Shown here in pieces: positions 10,126 to 20,064 of a stretch of DNA of 64,000 nucleotides (the first letter of the stretch is position 1; each line of letters begins with the position of its first letter). Origin of the DNA: Candidatus Poribacteria bacterium (lineage in GTDB: Bacteria; Poribacteria; WGA-4E; WGA-3G); NCBI GenBank assembly GCA_963665235.2, contig CAXXLX010000001.1, positions 160,001 to 224,000 on the forward strand, written 5' to 3'. The notes beneath the pieces are model-generated. The model had not been told where the DNA came from and made no database searches. It saw only the letters and a program-made list of their open reading frames with translations. The translations under genes and the position numbers were made by a program.

Positions 10126-11328
10126 CTAAAGCAAGGGGGATTCTTTTGAAAGTGAATCCCATGCTTTCTGGTGCGGATTGTGGGGTATAGACTTCGGGTG
10201 AAGTCTGCGAGGGCTGCTCGCAATAGCAAGGCTGACATCCTCTAATCCAAAGGTTGATGCCCCAACCTTTAAAATATTTATCGCAGCGTTAACGTCACGA
10301 TGATGTTTCTGATGGCAAGTAGAACAACACCATTGACGAACTGACAAATCCAGCTGCTGTTTTCCCTGTCCACAGTTGCTACAAGTCTTAGAAGTCGGTT
10401 CAAAACGGTCAATATAGTGAACCTCTTTACCGTGTTTGACCGCTTGATGGCGCAACTTTTCATGGAAGGCGTAGGGCGCAATATCAGAAACTGGACGCCC
10501 CCACAACCGTTTCATACCCTCAAAAGTCAACGTCTCAAAACAGAGGTGATCCTGTTCATGCACAAAACGCTTCGCGAGTTTCCAATGATGATCCTCACGT
10601 TGTCTTTTGATTTTACGGTGTTTGCGCGCCACATCTAAGCGGGAACGCTCACAGTTGTTGCTACCCTTTACTTTCTTAGCATGCACACGTTGGGCTACAG
10701 ACAGTTCCGCCATAGAGGTTTTATAGAACTCAGGAGACTCATATTCTGTGCCATCGGAACAAGTGAACATCGTTTTGATACCGAAATCATACCCTGCAGC
10801 ACTACCCGTCTTAGGTAGGATTTCAGATACCGTGTCATCTGTTACAACACACATATAGAAGTCACCAACACTATCTGCTTTGATAGTGACTGTCTTAATA
10901 TTACCTACTATCTCGCGGCTTAGATTAAACCGATATTGTTTTTCCATTATACGGACCCTATCACCATAGAAACTATAGCCAGAGGGGGACATTGTGAATG
11001 AATACGGTTTGCGCCATGAACGAAACTTAGGCGGACGCTTCGCAATACACTTAAAAAAACGCTGATACCCGGTGTCTAAACGCCGCAGTATATCACGCGC
11101 CGCCCAAGAGTCTAACTCACGCCAATGCGAAAACACTTCAGGATGTGAGTTCCTAAGGACGGTAAAGGCACGCGACATCTCAGGAAGCGACATATACGCA
11201 AGACCAAGAGAATAGCGCGTCCGCTGCCAACCTAAAAAATAGTTCCAAACATCATGGGCCACCCACGTTAAACGCTTGAGATTACGATTACGCGGGGCAC
11301 GAAAAAGTTTGTATTTTGTGGTATACAT
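10126..11328 (-). CDS. tnpB: RNA-guided endonuclease TnpB
   Basis: RuvC I GYDFGIK, RuvC II CFETL, Zn finger CSNC...CSTC and RuvC III RDVNAAINI are all intact. Confidence 0.92.
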   Translation of the reverse strand: MYTTKYKLFRAPRNRNLKRLTWVAHDVWNYFLGWQRTRYSLGLAYMSLPEMSRAFTVLRNSHPEVFSHWRELDSWAARDILRRLDTGYQRFFKCIAKRPPKFRSWRKPYSFTMSPSGYSFYGDRVRIMEKQYRFNLSREIVGNIKTVTIKADSVGDFYMCVVTDDTVSEILPKTGSAAGYDFGIKTMFTCSDGTEYESPEFYKTSMAELSVAQRVHAKKVKGSNNCERSRLDVARKHRKIKRQREDHHWKLAKRFVHEQDHLCFETLTFEGMKRLWGRPVSDIAPYAFHEKLRHQAVKHGKEVHYIDRFEPTSKTCSNCGQGKQQLDLSVRQWCCSTCHQKHHRDVNAAINILKVGASTFGLEDVSLAIASSPRRLHPKSIPHNPHQKAWDSLSKESPLL

Positions 11329-11415
11329 CTAAGGGTATCCTGCCTTGAAAAGTTGCTACCTGCCTCTAAAAAGGGGCGGAGAAGTCTATAGATTCTCCGC
11401 TAAGGCATTAAATAG

Positions 11416-11444
11416 AGTATACCCCATTTTTCAGGAAAAGTCAA
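11416..11444 (-). promoter_or_regulatory. tnpB promoter
   Basis: TTGACT-N17-TATACT on the minus strand, conserved in copy 2. Confidence 0.65.
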
Positions 11445-11634
11445 ATTAAAATTTCAACTCATGCACCGCTACTACATCCCCCAGCTAAAGCATGGGGGTT
11501 TTGTAGCGGAAGATTTGATAAATAAACTAAGAGCTTTCGCAGACCTCCACACAATTTTTGGACTTGATTTATTATAGGCAGCTGTGCTAAACTATTAACA
11601 ATGTTCCAAGCTAACAGGGAGGAGTTACAAAGAA

Positions 11635-13053
11635 ATGGCGTTCGCAAGCGATTCAGGGTTGAGACTCAACGTCTCGCCAGAGCTGCCTGAAGGCGGGCAT
11701 GCAGAAGCACGTTTAGCAGCACTTCAAACCATGTTTCAAGCGGAAGCGGATGCACCGTTGTCCGAATTAGAGCAACATTTGCGGGCTTGGACGCGCAGCC
11801 ACCTACAAACAGAACAGATTGAGGAGGTGCATACGCTAGCAGTAAAAGCCCGTCAGGACTTTGCTGCCCTTGTTACCATAGGTATAGGCGGCTCCGATTT
11901 GAGTGCGCGCGTCTTTCACGAAACCTTCAATCATCCCTATCATAACCTGCTGTCGGTTGCTGAACGAGGGGGGGCACCTGAGGTCTACTTTACAGGCGAT
12001 ACGTTTGACCCAATTGGGCTCAAAGCCTTATTGGATATGCTGAAATCACGCGGACTTTTACAGAAAACGCTTTTCAATGTGATTAGCAAATCGGGCAAAA
12101 CAGGGGAAACCCTCGCGACGCTCATGATTATTCGGGAGACGCTTCAGCAGGAATTAGGGGACTGGCGACAGCAAGTTGTCGCAACCACCGGATTAACGGA
12201 AAAAAGTCTACTTTTCCAACTGCATCGGGAAACCCCGTTTTACGGCATACTTCCTGTGCCTGAAGGGGTCGGGGGACGTTTCTCCGCTTTTTCACCGGTC
12301 GGTCTGTTTTTCTTAGCAATTACAGCAGGCATCGGGGAGACTCCAGCACAACGGATAGAGGCAGCACAAACTGGTATCCGACACGCTGCACAGTGCTTTA
12401 CACTGTCCTACACACATCCCGATAACAGTGCCTATCGGCTTGCACAATGGCTCGATTATGCCGAGAAACAGCACGGTACAACCAGCCTCGTCCTCTATAA
12501 TTACGCTGACAATAGATGCCTCGGCGAGTGGTTTGTTCAACTTTACACCGAATCCATTCAGGAACGGGGTATCGGTGCCAACGTTATCGCTGCAAAGGGG
12601 CCGACAAGCAATCACTCTATCCTCAACGGTATTATTGCCGGGCCGAGGGATAAGGTCGTTGTTTTTATCCATTGGGAGGCACTCGGGCCCGATTTGACAA
12701 TTCCGCGCAGTAAAGTTAGCGGGTTAGAGGCGTTTGAAGGCCTCGCTATGACCGACATTCAGACTGCCTCCTATCAGGGAACAGCCGAAGATTTTACCGA
12801 TAAGGGCATTCCAAATGCTACCTTAACGCTAGCGAAGCGGGATATCAGCAATATGTTCGCGCTGATGCGGACCTTAATGGATACCGTCGCCGTTAAAGGC
12901 CGACTACAAGACCTCCATCTCGTTGATGGCCGGGTAGCACTTGATAAAGAGCTAACCTATCACCAATCGGCAGTTGAAGGGTATAAGCGGCGTACCGAAG
13001 AAATCGCCCGTAAAATGGAGCGGCCCCACCACAAGGCAGAGACTGAAGACTAA
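11635..13053 (+). CDS. pgi: Glucose-6-phosphate isomerase-like (SIS-fold) protein
   Basis: IGIGGS, ISKSGKTGET, VGGRFS, QLYTES and C-terminal QSAVEGYK motifs. Confidence 0.75.
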   Translation: MAFASDSGLRLNVSPELPEGGHAEARLAALQTMFQAEADAPLSELEQHLRAWTRSHLQTEQIEEVHTLAVKARQDFAALVTIGIGGSDLSARVFHETFNHPYHNLLSVAERGGAPEVYFTGDTFDPIGLKALLDMLKSRGLLQKTLFNVISKSGKTGETLATLMIIRETLQQELGDWRQQVVATTGLTEKSLLFQLHRETPFYGILPVPEGVGGRFSAFSPVGLFFLAITAGIGETPAQRIEAAQTGIRHAAQCFTLSYTHPDNSAYRLAQWLDYAEKQHGTTSLVLYNYADNRCLGEWFVQLYTESIQERGIGANVIAAKGPTSNHSILNGIIAGPRDKVVVFIHWEALGPDLTIPRSKVSGLEAFEGLAMTDIQTASYQGTAEDFTDKGIPNATLTLAKRDISNMFALMRTLMDTVAVKGRLQDLHLVDGRVALDKELTYHQSAVEGYKRRTEEIARKMERPHHKAETED

Positions 13054-13057
13054 AAAA

Positions 13058-15133
13058 ATGCATAGTAAATTGTCCTCGCTTCGGCTTCGAAACAAAATAT
13101 TTTTCGCCTACGGTCTGATTTTTGCGGTCATGTCCATTGTCGTCTTTGCGATTGCTAGTTTTCTGATTAACCGGGCCTTTAAAGCACAGCAGCAGGAAGA
13201 TGTGCGGGGTCTAGAGCATAATATTTCCAATAGGTATGTTCTATTCGTTGAAAGCATTCGGAAAGAGGTTAAAGCGAAAGGAAATGATCGAGATGTGCGA
13301 AATGCTGTACGATGGGGCGACGAAAATAGACGCCGAGATGTGGGGCGTTCAGCAGTGAATTTTGATGTCTTCGAATGCAGGAACACCGATGGCGTGTTAG
13401 TGTTAAGTAAGTGGGAGAATGACCCACACATTGGACAAAAAGATGCGGAGCTAGCGAACGCTAAAACTGAGCCAGCATTCAAAGCGGGGAAAGGCACAAT
13501 CCGCGAGAGAATCATCGGAGATGACGATGAACCGCAGCTTGTCGTTGAAGTAACACAATGGTGGGATTGGGGGTTTGTCACCGGCGGCAGATCTCTTCAA
13601 AAATGGCTAGAGGGTGACCTGCTCAGCCAACCCCGCGAGCATCCAATCTTTCTTGTGAAAAAAAAATACGAGCAGGAGGAATGGATTCCCTTAAACAACA
13701 TAGCACGCAAAGCACGAGACTTACAGGCGGCGTGGACAAAGCAAGCACAAATAAAACAAGCGGCGGGCAAATCGGTCAAAGAATTGGTTATAGCGTTGGA
13801 GGATATCCCGCAGCAACTCGATCCGGACCCAGAAGATGTCGTGCTGCATGAATCGTTTACAGCGGTACGCGCGGATATCCTAAGCTCCCCCTTTTCGGAT
13901 ACGCAGCAATTGCCGGATGTAGAACTGATAATTGCCTATTCACATCAGCATCGGAGTCAGTGGCAACGTCGAACCCTTATAATACTCCTATCGAGCCTCG
14001 GGGCAGGAGGACTTATACTCTACGGCAGCAGTTATCTCATCAGCAGGCGAATCACTCGGCCTATCGCACAGCTTCGGCAAGGTGTAAACGAAATCGGGAC
14101 AGGTAACCTCAATTATCAAATTGCCATCGAATCCAAGGGAGAAGTCGGACAACTTGCTGCTAGCTTCAACAAAATGGCAAGCGAACTCAAGCAGAGTATA
14201 GAGATGCATAAGGCAGCCCAGCGGATAGCAACATGGCAGGGTATCGCACGTCAACTCGCCCATGAAATCAAAAACCCGCTTTTTCCCATCCGGCTCTCTG
14301 TTGAAAACTTGCAATCTGTCAAAGCGCAGCCCGAGGTTTTTGAAAGAATTTTTGACGAATGCACAGATACAATCATTGAGGAGGTCGACCGAATCCGTAA
14401 TTTAGTCGATGAGTTCCACCAATTCGCACGATTACCGGTCCCCGACCTGCGCCCGGTCGATTTGAATGACGTTGTAGCGACTGCTTTGAGATTGTACGCA
14501 GCTCCCCCGGTTGAAGGGATAACCGCGTCGGAAGTACAAAGCACGTCGGAAGTCGGGATTACAGAGAATGTGATAGAGCCAGCTGCGAAAGGGGTAACAG
14601 TTGAAAAACAGTTGAAACCGTTGCCGCCCCTTTCGTTGGACAAAGAACAGATGGAACGCGCTGTCGGAAATCTCGTTAAAAATGCAATTGAGGCGATGCC
14701 GGATGGCGGGACGCTCACTATCCGAACCTACTGTACCCCGCTCACAGAAAACGTTGCAGGGAATGATGCACTTGAAAACAGTGGACATGAAAACGGTAGA
14801 AATATTTCGCTTGAAGTTCAAGATACAGGGCACGGCATGTCCGAAGAAACCAAGCGAAACCTTTTTACGCCAGACTATACGACGAAAGAATATGGAAGTG
14901 GGCTCGGCATGGCAATCGTCCGCCGAATCGTTACCGTCCACGGCGGCGACATCGGCGTGGAGACTGAAGAAAACATCGGCACAACCATACGGATAAACTT
15001 TAACGAACTCTCACACGTGAGTGACCCTACGCCAACGCTAATATCACCTGAAACCGACCTCACTCCTCCTGAAATTGACGTACAAAATAGGGAGACAGAC
15101 AGCGGGGCCGCAGCCCCCACGACAGAGGTATAG
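13058..15133 (+). CDS. Membrane sensor histidine kinase (HAMP-HisKA-HATPase, NtrY-like)
   Basis: Two TM segments, HAMP, LAHEIKNPL H-box, NLVKNA, DTGHG, GSGLG. Confidence 0.88.
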   Translation: MHSKLSSLRLRNKIFFAYGLIFAVMSIVVFAIASFLINRAFKAQQQEDVRGLEHNISNRYVLFVESIRKEVKAKGNDRDVRNAVRWGDENRRRDVGRSAVNFDVFECRNTDGVLVLSKWENDPHIGQKDAELANAKTEPAFKAGKGTIRERIIGDDDEPQLVVEVTQWWDWGFVTGGRSLQKWLEGDLLSQPREHPIFLVKKKYEQEEWIPLNNIARKARDLQAAWTKQAQIKQAAGKSVKELVIALEDIPQQLDPDPEDVVLHESFTAVRADILSSPFSDTQQLPDVELIIAYSHQHRSQWQRRTLIILLSSLGAGGLILYGSSYLISRRITRPIAQLRQGVNEIGTGNLNYQIAIESKGEVGQLAASFNKMASELKQSIEMHKAAQRIATWQGIARQLAHEIKNPLFPIRLSVENLQSVKAQPEVFERIFDECTDTIIEEVDRIRNLVDEFHQFARLPVPDLRPVDLNDVVATALRLYAAPPVEGITASEVQSTSEVGITENVIEPAAKGVTVEKQLKPLPPLSLDKEQMERAVGNLVKNAIEAMPDGGTLTIRTYCTPLTENVAGNDALENSGHENGRNISLEVQDTGHGMSEETKRNLFTPDYTTKEYGSGLGMAIVRRIVTVHGGDIGVETEENIGTTIRINFNELSHVSDPTPTLISPETDLTPPEIDVQNRETDSGAAAPTTEV

Positions 15134-15137
15134 CAAC

Positions 15138-16520
15138 ATGGACACTATTCTTATTGTAGATGACGAAAAAAACATTCTGAAAATGCTTTCACAGGGCCTC
15201 GGTATCCGAGGATATCAAACCTTGACTGCTGCAAGTGGGGAAGAGGCATTGCAAATTTGTGCATCCGAGAACGTCGACCTCGTGCTGTTGGACATTATGA
15301 TGGAAAACGGCATGGATGGTATCCAAACATTGGTAAAAATACTTGAACAGACCCCCGAGCTCAGCATTATTATGATGTCCGCACAGCGAGATATTGAAAC
15401 CGCTGCGAAAACGATGGAACTCGGCGCGAAACGTTACATCACAAAACCGATCAGCATGGATAAAATCCTATCGAATATCGAACCGTTTCTCGAACTTTCG
15501 CGTTTAACCCAAGAAAATAGAATTCTTAAAGCGCAAATTGCTGAAGACGAAATGGTAGGGGAAAGTGCGGCGATTTCCAAACTCCGAGCAGAGATTCATC
15601 AGGTCGCAGGCAGTGAACTCGGTGTACTCATCTCCGGTGAAAACGGGACTGGCAAACAACTTGTTGCTAACGCTATTCATAAACACAGTCAACGGGCTAA
15701 TAATCCCTTTATTCCTGTCAATTGTGCAGCACTGCCAGACGAGCTTGTTGAGAGCGAACTTTTCGGCCATGAACGCGGCGCGTTTACAGGCGCAGAAGGT
15801 CTCAGGCAGGGACGGTTTGAAGTTGCTGATGGGGGCACCCTCTTTCTCGATGAAATCGGTGATATGAGCCTAACTGCCCAAGCAAAAGTCCTCCGCGCCC
15901 TAGAATACGGTGAAGTGGAACGGCTCGGTAGCCAGAGAATTCGAAAGGTTGATGTCAGAATCATCGCAGCAACTAATAAAGACCTTCAGACAGCAATTGA
16001 ACGCGGGGAATTCCGAATCGACCTCTATTATCGGCTCAAGATTGTGCCTATTAAAGTGCCTTCGCTGCGCGAACGATTAGAGGATATCCCCCTATTGGTC
16101 AAATACTTCGCAGAGCGGCTACAACTGAATATGGCATCCGCTCCAAAGGTCATCGACCCCGAGGCATACCCTATTTTTCAATCCTACACCTGGCCCGGCA
16201 ACATCCGCGAACTGAAAAATATTGTCGAACGGCTCCTGATTATGGTGAACCGGAGAATCGTTATGCCAACCGATGTCACAGAAGTGTTACCCAATACAAA
16301 GCCGCACACACCGGTATCAAATAACATCTCGCCGTATCAACCCAATACATCCCTAAGGGAGATGGTTGACGCGGTAGAAGCACAGTGCATTCTGACCGCC
16401 CTAGAAAAAAACGATTGGAACATACGGCAAACCGCCGCAGGGTTAGAGGTCGAGAGAGCCAATCTATACAAAAAAATGGCCAAATACAAGATTGAACGCC
16501 CGGATGCTACCGAAATGTAG
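15138..16520 (+). CDS. sigma54-dependent response regulator (NtrC/NtrX family)
   Basis: Receiver domain (VDDE, LLD), GENGTGK, GAFTGA, FLDEIG, Fis-type HTH. Confidence 0.92.
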   Translation: MDTILIVDDEKNILKMLSQGLGIRGYQTLTAASGEEALQICASENVDLVLLDIMMENGMDGIQTLVKILEQTPELSIIMMSAQRDIETAAKTMELGAKRYITKPISMDKILSNIEPFLELSRLTQENRILKAQIAEDEMVGESAAISKLRAEIHQVAGSELGVLISGENGTGKQLVANAIHKHSQRANNPFIPVNCAALPDELVESELFGHERGAFTGAEGLRQGRFEVADGGTLFLDEIGDMSLTAQAKVLRALEYGEVERLGSQRIRKVDVRIIAATNKDLQTAIERGEFRIDLYYRLKIVPIKVPSLRERLEDIPLLVKYFAERLQLNMASAPKVIDPEAYPIFQSYTWPGNIRELKNIVERLLIMVNRRIVMPTDVTEVLPNTKPHTPVSNNISPYQPNTSLREMVDAVEAQCILTALEKNDWNIRQTAAGLEVERANLYKKMAKYKIERPDATEM

Positions 16521-16535
16521 TAGACACGTTCCGCC

Positions 16536-16970
16536 GTGCCGTTCACAATAATCAACCTAAAAAGACGCATGACTCGCATTCAACTCATTATACTGATTAC
16601 GTTAGTGGTTATCATCGGTGTCCTCTCCTACCCCCCCTGGGCGGAATATCGGAAAGTGGGCCAAGCAGACGTGGATGTTGAAACACTCGCGACCGCTATC
16701 AAGAAGTACTTCAAACATACGCAGACGTACCCGACCCGTTTAGACGAACTGATAACCGATTCGGGTGTGACAGGTTGGCGCGGTAGTTATCTTGAAACCG
16801 TTCCGCAAACCCCCTGGGGCGGTGACTACGTGCTGATACAGGAGACCTATAAAATCGGAATTGCGAAGAATCACCCACGGGTGCCTACAAAATATCGGTT
16901 AGGCGGCATCGCCGAAATCAGTAGGGTTTACCTTATAGATGCCACCCTTGGCGAAAAATATTGGTGGTAA
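16536..16970 (+). CDS. GspG-like pseudopilin (start 16536 or 16569)
   Basis: N-terminal hydrophobic helix; YP..LDELI...GWRGSYL..VP.TPWG is the T2SSG pattern. Confidence 0.7.
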   Translation: MPFTIINLKRRMTRIQLIILITLVVIIGVLSYPPWAEYRKVGQADVDVETLATAIKKYFKHTQTYPTRLDELITDSGVTGWRGSYLETVPQTPWGGDYVLIQETYKIGIAKNHPRVPTKYRLGGIAEISRVYLIDATLGEKYWW

Positions 16971-16973
16971 GTT

Positions 16974-17777
16974 GTGGTTGACATCTACTTACAGGGCCTC
17001 ATTTTCCTTTTGGGACTGTCAGTCGGCAGTTTTCTCAATGTCTGCATCTACCGCATTCCCCAGCCGGACCTTTCGCCGTATTCACCGCGACGTTCCTTCT
17101 GTCCTACCTGTACTCATCCGATAAAAGCGTTGGACAACATCCCACTTTTGAGCTACCTGCTACTGCGCGGAAAGTGTCGGCACTGCAAGGCGCGCATTTC
17201 CGCAGTGTACCCAACGGTTGAACTCGGGACGGCCGTTCTATTCGTAGGCATGTTTTACCGCTTCGGCGTAACGCTCGATTTTCTGCACGCCCTTATCTTT
17301 GTAACACTCCTTATACCCATTGCTGTCATTGATGCACAACACTATATTATCCCGAACGTCATCACCTACCCTGGCCTAATACTCGGGCTGGGAATCGTGA
17401 GTGCGATTGCTTATCAGCAGGGAGATTTTGTTTACCTACAAACACGACTCATTGGGTTTGTAGCAGGCGGAATGGGACTGTGGCTCATCGCCATTATCGG
17501 CAGTAAACTCTTACGCAAAAAAGCGATGGGGGGCGGAGACATAAAATTGATGGCACTCAACGGCCTGTTTTTGGGAGCGTGGCCGGAGCTAGTCCTAGTA
17601 TTAGCACTTTCTGCCCTGAGTGGAGCAATTATCGGCACGCTACTCATTGTCATCGGAAAGAGAGGTCGGGAAAGTCCTATCCCTTACGGCCCCTTTCTTG
17701 CCATTGCCGCAGTGATAGTACTTTTATGGGGCAATCCGCTCTGGGATACATACTTACAATTAGTTGGTTGGAATTAA
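16974..17777 (+). CDS. pilD: Prepilin peptidase (A24)
   Basis: GSFLNVCIYRIP, two CxxC pairs, IDAQH, MGGGDIKL, IPYGPFL. Confidence 0.93.
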   Translation: MVDIYLQGLIFLLGLSVGSFLNVCIYRIPQPDLSPYSPRRSFCPTCTHPIKALDNIPLLSYLLLRGKCRHCKARISAVYPTVELGTAVLFVGMFYRFGVTLDFLHALIFVTLLIPIAVIDAQHYIIPNVITYPGLILGLGIVSAIAYQQGDFVYLQTRLIGFVAGGMGLWLIAIIGSKLLRKKAMGGGDIKLMALNGLFLGAWPELVLVLALSALSGAIIGTLLIVIGKRGRESPIPYGPFLAIAAVIVLLWGNPLWDTYLQLVGWN

Positions 17778-17840
17778 CGTTAAATGTATCGCGTGCACAG
17801 CACGCTCCTACATAGAAAATTACAAATAGTATGTGATGCA

Positions 17841-17869
17841 AAGGCGGAGTCAGCGTCCTGACTCCGCTT
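17841..17869. terminator. Hairpin between convergent genes
   Basis: ggcggagtcag-cgtc-ctgactccgct. Confidence 0.6.
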
Positions 17870-17877
17870 ATGCTGCT

Positions 17878-18420
17878 TTATTTCTGCGAAAATGTAATAT
17901 TGGCCTTATCAGCTGCGACAACAAGTTCCCGAGCAATCTGCATAGTCAAATTAGCTATCTTTCGAGAGAATTCGGCATCACTGAGGCGCCGGTATCGCAT
18001 CGGGTGTAATGTCTCAAGCCGTTCACTGGCAATCGTCAACGCGCTGGTGACAAGCGGCAATGCAACCTCAAGATGCGGTTGCGGTGTCTGCGGGTCAGGC
18101 GTAACTTCTAATTCCGTGTCAGACTGTTCTTCATCTTCTTCATCCACCTCACCTACCAACAACTGTTCTCGGTTCTGCTCGATTGTTTCAAGGATTTGCT
18201 TCGCAGCAGATTGGTGCGCCCCTTTTTTTGTTCCGCGTACAGCATCCGCTGTTTCATAAACGTTGTCACCGTAATGCACCTTAACTTTCCAGCTGGGTGA
18301 GTCCGGGGCACCGTGCTGCGTTTCCGTAAAGCGCGGTTGGCCCAAACCATATTCATGGCAGTGCTGAATCAAACGCCCTTTATAGTCTACAGCAACCCCA
18401 TTAACCTCCTGGGTAGACAT
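17878..18420 (-). CDS. Stand-alone double-stranded RNA-binding motif (DSRM) protein with acidic linker
   Basis: DYKGRLIQHC...P.F...G.PDSPSWKVKV...GTKKGAHQSAAKQIL fits the DSRM pattern. Confidence 0.7.
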   Translation of the reverse strand: MSTQEVNGVAVDYKGRLIQHCHEYGLGQPRFTETQHGAPDSPSWKVKVHYGDNVYETADAVRGTKKGAHQSAAKQILETIEQNREQLLVGEVDEEDEEQSDTELEVTPDPQTPQPHLEVALPLVTSALTIASERLETLHPMRYRRLSDAEFSRKIANLTMQIARELVVAADKANITFSQK

Positions 18421-18441
18421 ATCTTACCTCCTAGCACCGCG

Positions 18442-18666
18442 CTATCTATTACTACTACTGTAGCGTGGGCGGTATTCTGTTGTTCGCGGTCTAACTTTCC
18501 GTTGACGTTTCAGTTCAATTCGGCGCCGTTTTTCGCTCGGCTTTTCGTAAAAACTCCGTTTTTTAATTTCGGTGACGACACCTGCCTTGCCACACAGTTT
18601 TTTAAAACGGGCAAGGGCTCTATCAAACGTTTCACCTGAATCAACAGTGACTTCAACTTGAACCAT
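18442..18666 (-). CDS. rpsU: 30S ribosomal protein S21
   Basis: E.FDRALARFKK...EIKKRSFYEKPSEKRR. Confidence 0.93.
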   Translation of the reverse strand: MVQVEVTVDSGETFDRALARFKKLCGKAGVVTEIKKRSFYEKPSEKRRRIELKRQRKVRPRTTEYRPRYSSSNR

Positions 18667-18699
18667 GTTTTTACACCTCCTATAATATTGATTAAGTAC

Positions 18700-18787
18700 A
18701 GTTTACCACATCTTAGCACAGATGTCAACTTTTTTTTGCAGTACTCATTTCTATTTCGTTGACAAAACCTGAAGAATCAGGTATCAT
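18700..18787. promoter_or_regulatory. Divergent sigma70-like promoters (rpsU and TauE-family gene)
   Basis: Minus strand TTGACA-N17-TAAACT (18728-18700); plus strand TTGACA-N17-TATCAT (18759-18787). Confidence 0.65.
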
Positions 18788-18835
18788 TAAGCCACAACAC
18801 TAGAATCTACGTTTGTATTATCGGGAGGCAACTTT

Positions 18836-19594
18836 ATCTACGAGGTTATCATCTTATGTCTTGGGGCATGGTTAACAGGTGTCAGTAAAGCGGGTTTCGG
18901 TGGGGGGTTAGGCATGATAGTTGTGCCGCTATTCACGGAATTCCGTGCTGCACGTAATGTTCTCGGTTTGATGTTGCCCCTGCTATTCTCAACAGATATT
19001 TTATCACTCGTTCCGTACTGGAAACAGTGGCATCGCGAAAACGTGTGGCGACTTGTACCGGGGGCAATTATCGGTATCATCCTCGGACGGTTTATCCTAG
19101 TAGACATTTCGGATATTCATCTCAAAAAAGTTATCGGCGGTATCGTCTGCGTATTCGCAATATTAGAATTTTTTCGACCGCGCCTCATTCAACTATTGGA
19201 CCCGAACCGTGCGGATGCAGCAGAACCGATTATCCGCTTTAAAGTGTGGCACGGTGTATTAGCAGGTATTTTAACAGGTATCATCTCAACACTTGCACAC
19301 ATGGGCGGCGTTGTTGTCCTCATGTATCTCATTCCGCAACGTTTAGGCACTCGAACCTTCGTTGCAACCACAACTGCGCTCTATTTCCTCATCAATTTGG
19401 TTAAAATCCCGTTCTATTTTCAACTTGGGCTCTTCTCTTACGAAATGTTTATTGAAACCTTAGCACTCCTCCCCTGGCTTGGGATAGGTGTGTTGATGGG
19501 GGTTTGGCTGAACAATCGTTTCCCGGAACGCCTCTTTTCAAGAATTATGCTATTTTTTCTGTTCGGGACAGGCTTACATCTGCTATTCGGTTAG
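18836..19594 (+). CDS. Sulfite exporter TauE/SafE family membrane protein (probable ATC start)
   Basis: Multi-TM protein; conserved GVSKAGFGGGLG lies in frame upstream of ATG 18914; GGAGG sits 7 nt before ATC 18836. Confidence 0.8.
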   Translation: MYEVIILCLGAWLTGVSKAGFGGGLGMIVVPLFTEFRAARNVLGLMLPLLFSTDILSLVPYWKQWHRENVWRLVPGAIIGIILGRFILVDISDIHLKKVIGGIVCVFAILEFFRPRLIQLLDPNRADAAEPIIRFKVWHGVLAGILTGIISTLAHMGGVVVLMYLIPQRLGTRTFVATTTALYFLINLVKIPFYFQLGLFSYEMFIETLALLPWLGIGVLMGVWLNNRFPERLFSRIMLFFLFGTGLHLLFG

Positions 19595-19632
19595 CAGTGT
19601 CCGCAAACACCAAACCGCAAGGGTGGGAGGCG

Positions 19633-19925
19633 GTATGTTATAGAAGCACACAACCCCCCACCTCTTAACCCCATCGGGGTGATATGTTTATAGAATGCGA
19701 TTCAGACAAAAAATGCACAGATATTAGCAACAAACCTCTTTTTCCGCGCCTTCTGTGTCCTCTGTGTCCTCCGCGATTCTGACAATACACACGCGAAATC
19801 CATCCTTCCATCTTTCCATTCTTCCATTCTTCCAGCCTTCCAGCCTTCCATCCATCCTTCCCTCTTTCCAGCCTTCCAGCCTTCCAACCTTCCATCTATC
19901 ATAGTACAAAAACTTTACACACCCA
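19633..19925 (+). repeat. Composite intergenic repeat (9-mer block + TTCCANCC 8-mer tandem + gtacaaaaactttacacaccc end)
   Basis: Same module order at about 52135-52251 (+) and 55416-55640 (-). Confidence 0.8.
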
Positions 19926-20064
19926 ACCTCAAAAAGGGACTTGCCTAATTTTCGCATATTTGATAAACTCTACAAAACAAACATGCTATAGCCATCTGAC
20001 CTTGATATAGAACTTGACCGACTTATAGGCATCGATTGATGAAGAAATTTAGAGAGTATAGAAG

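Larger units (their letters stand above)
10109..11517 (-). mobile_element. IS200/IS605-family tnpB-only (IS1341-like) element, copy 1
   Basis: Subterminal hairpins CCCCCAGCTAAAGCA(a/t)GGGGG at both ends; right end terminates in TCAA and left end is preceded by TTTAT (minus strand). Boundaries set by comparison with copy 2. Confidence 0.9.

Noticed and set aside
12974-13057. Longer upstream starts in the ORF track (also 2071, 15075, 24837, 29844, 33476, 45525, 47622, 49558, 56306)
   Set aside because: They overlap neighbouring genes or promoters and lack an RBS. Downstream starts fit the family N-termini better.
19665-19957. ORFs with GWKAGRLE-type repeats; similar ORFs at 50236, 52108, 55263 and 61143
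   Set aside because: Translations of intergenic short tandem repeat modules.
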